Source: Diadema antillarum
Taxonomy: Eukaryota
Assembly: GCF_040938485.1 (NCBI RefSeq)
Contig: NW_027271037.1
Span: forward strand, 868,001 to 932,000
DNA length: 64,000 bases
Direction: 5' to 3'
The notes under the pieces were generated by a model that saw nothing but the letters and a program-made list of their open reading frames with translations, was not told the DNA's origin and did not search any database. Position numbers and translations under genes: made by a program. Numbering within the stretch: the first letter of the stretch is position 1; each line of letters opens with the position of its first letter. Of this stretch, positions 63,784-64,000 are shown piece after piece.

Positions 63784-64000
63784 AAATTGTCTCATTATGG
63801 CATACGGGAGAAGGCCTTGGAGTGGTTCAGGAGAACCGAAAAACAACATTCTCAGAACGAGAATAACTCAAGTTTCAATTTATTAAATGTGGCGTCCCTC
63901 GGGGCAATATAAATTAGGTCCTTTGCTTTTTATAGTTTATATCAATGACTTCTGCAAATCATCTGACATATTCTCATTTATGCATTTTGATGATGATTCA
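63784..64000 (+). mobile_element. Degenerate LINE RT fragment running off the window end
   Basis: KLSHYGIREKALEWFR...IKCGVPRGN/LGPLLFIVYINDFCKSSDIFSFMHFDDDS (cf. GVPQGSILGPLLF.IYIND...FADDT). Confidence 0.85.

Overview
AT-rich, repeat-dense animal genomic DNA with four N gaps. It is probably an echinoderm and most likely a sea cucumber, inferred from the recalled resemblance of the lectins to CEL-I and echinoidin; this is not database-verified. There is no prokaryotic operon, rRNA or CRISPR array. Host genes: three intact, tandem, minus-strand secreted C-type lectin genes with two coding exons each (162 aa; CTL-A 28875-33809, CTL-B 38064-44755, CTL-C 51988-55031), whose sugar-binding motifs differ (QPN, QPD, QPD), and one single-exon BEN-domain-like ORF (4029-4733) inside a ~6-7 kb tandem duplication at 1-13 kb. 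Mobile DNA: a Penelope-like retroelement (RT + GIY-YIG; catalytic YIDD mutated to YIGD) inserted in a (TA)n tract and ending in a minimal hammerhead ribozyme; a ~235-bp non-coding hammerhead-bearing element in two copies; an inverted pair of ~160-bp tRNA-Thr-containing MITE-like units; a three-level nest (Academ-like > Harbinger-like > mariner-type and TA-TSD MITEs); a decayed Tc1/mariner carrying a 274-bp tandem array with ABAB variant order; LINE RT fragments; and many MITEs. Several insertions are confirmed by empty sites in paralogous copies within the window. All calls were made by eye without tools.
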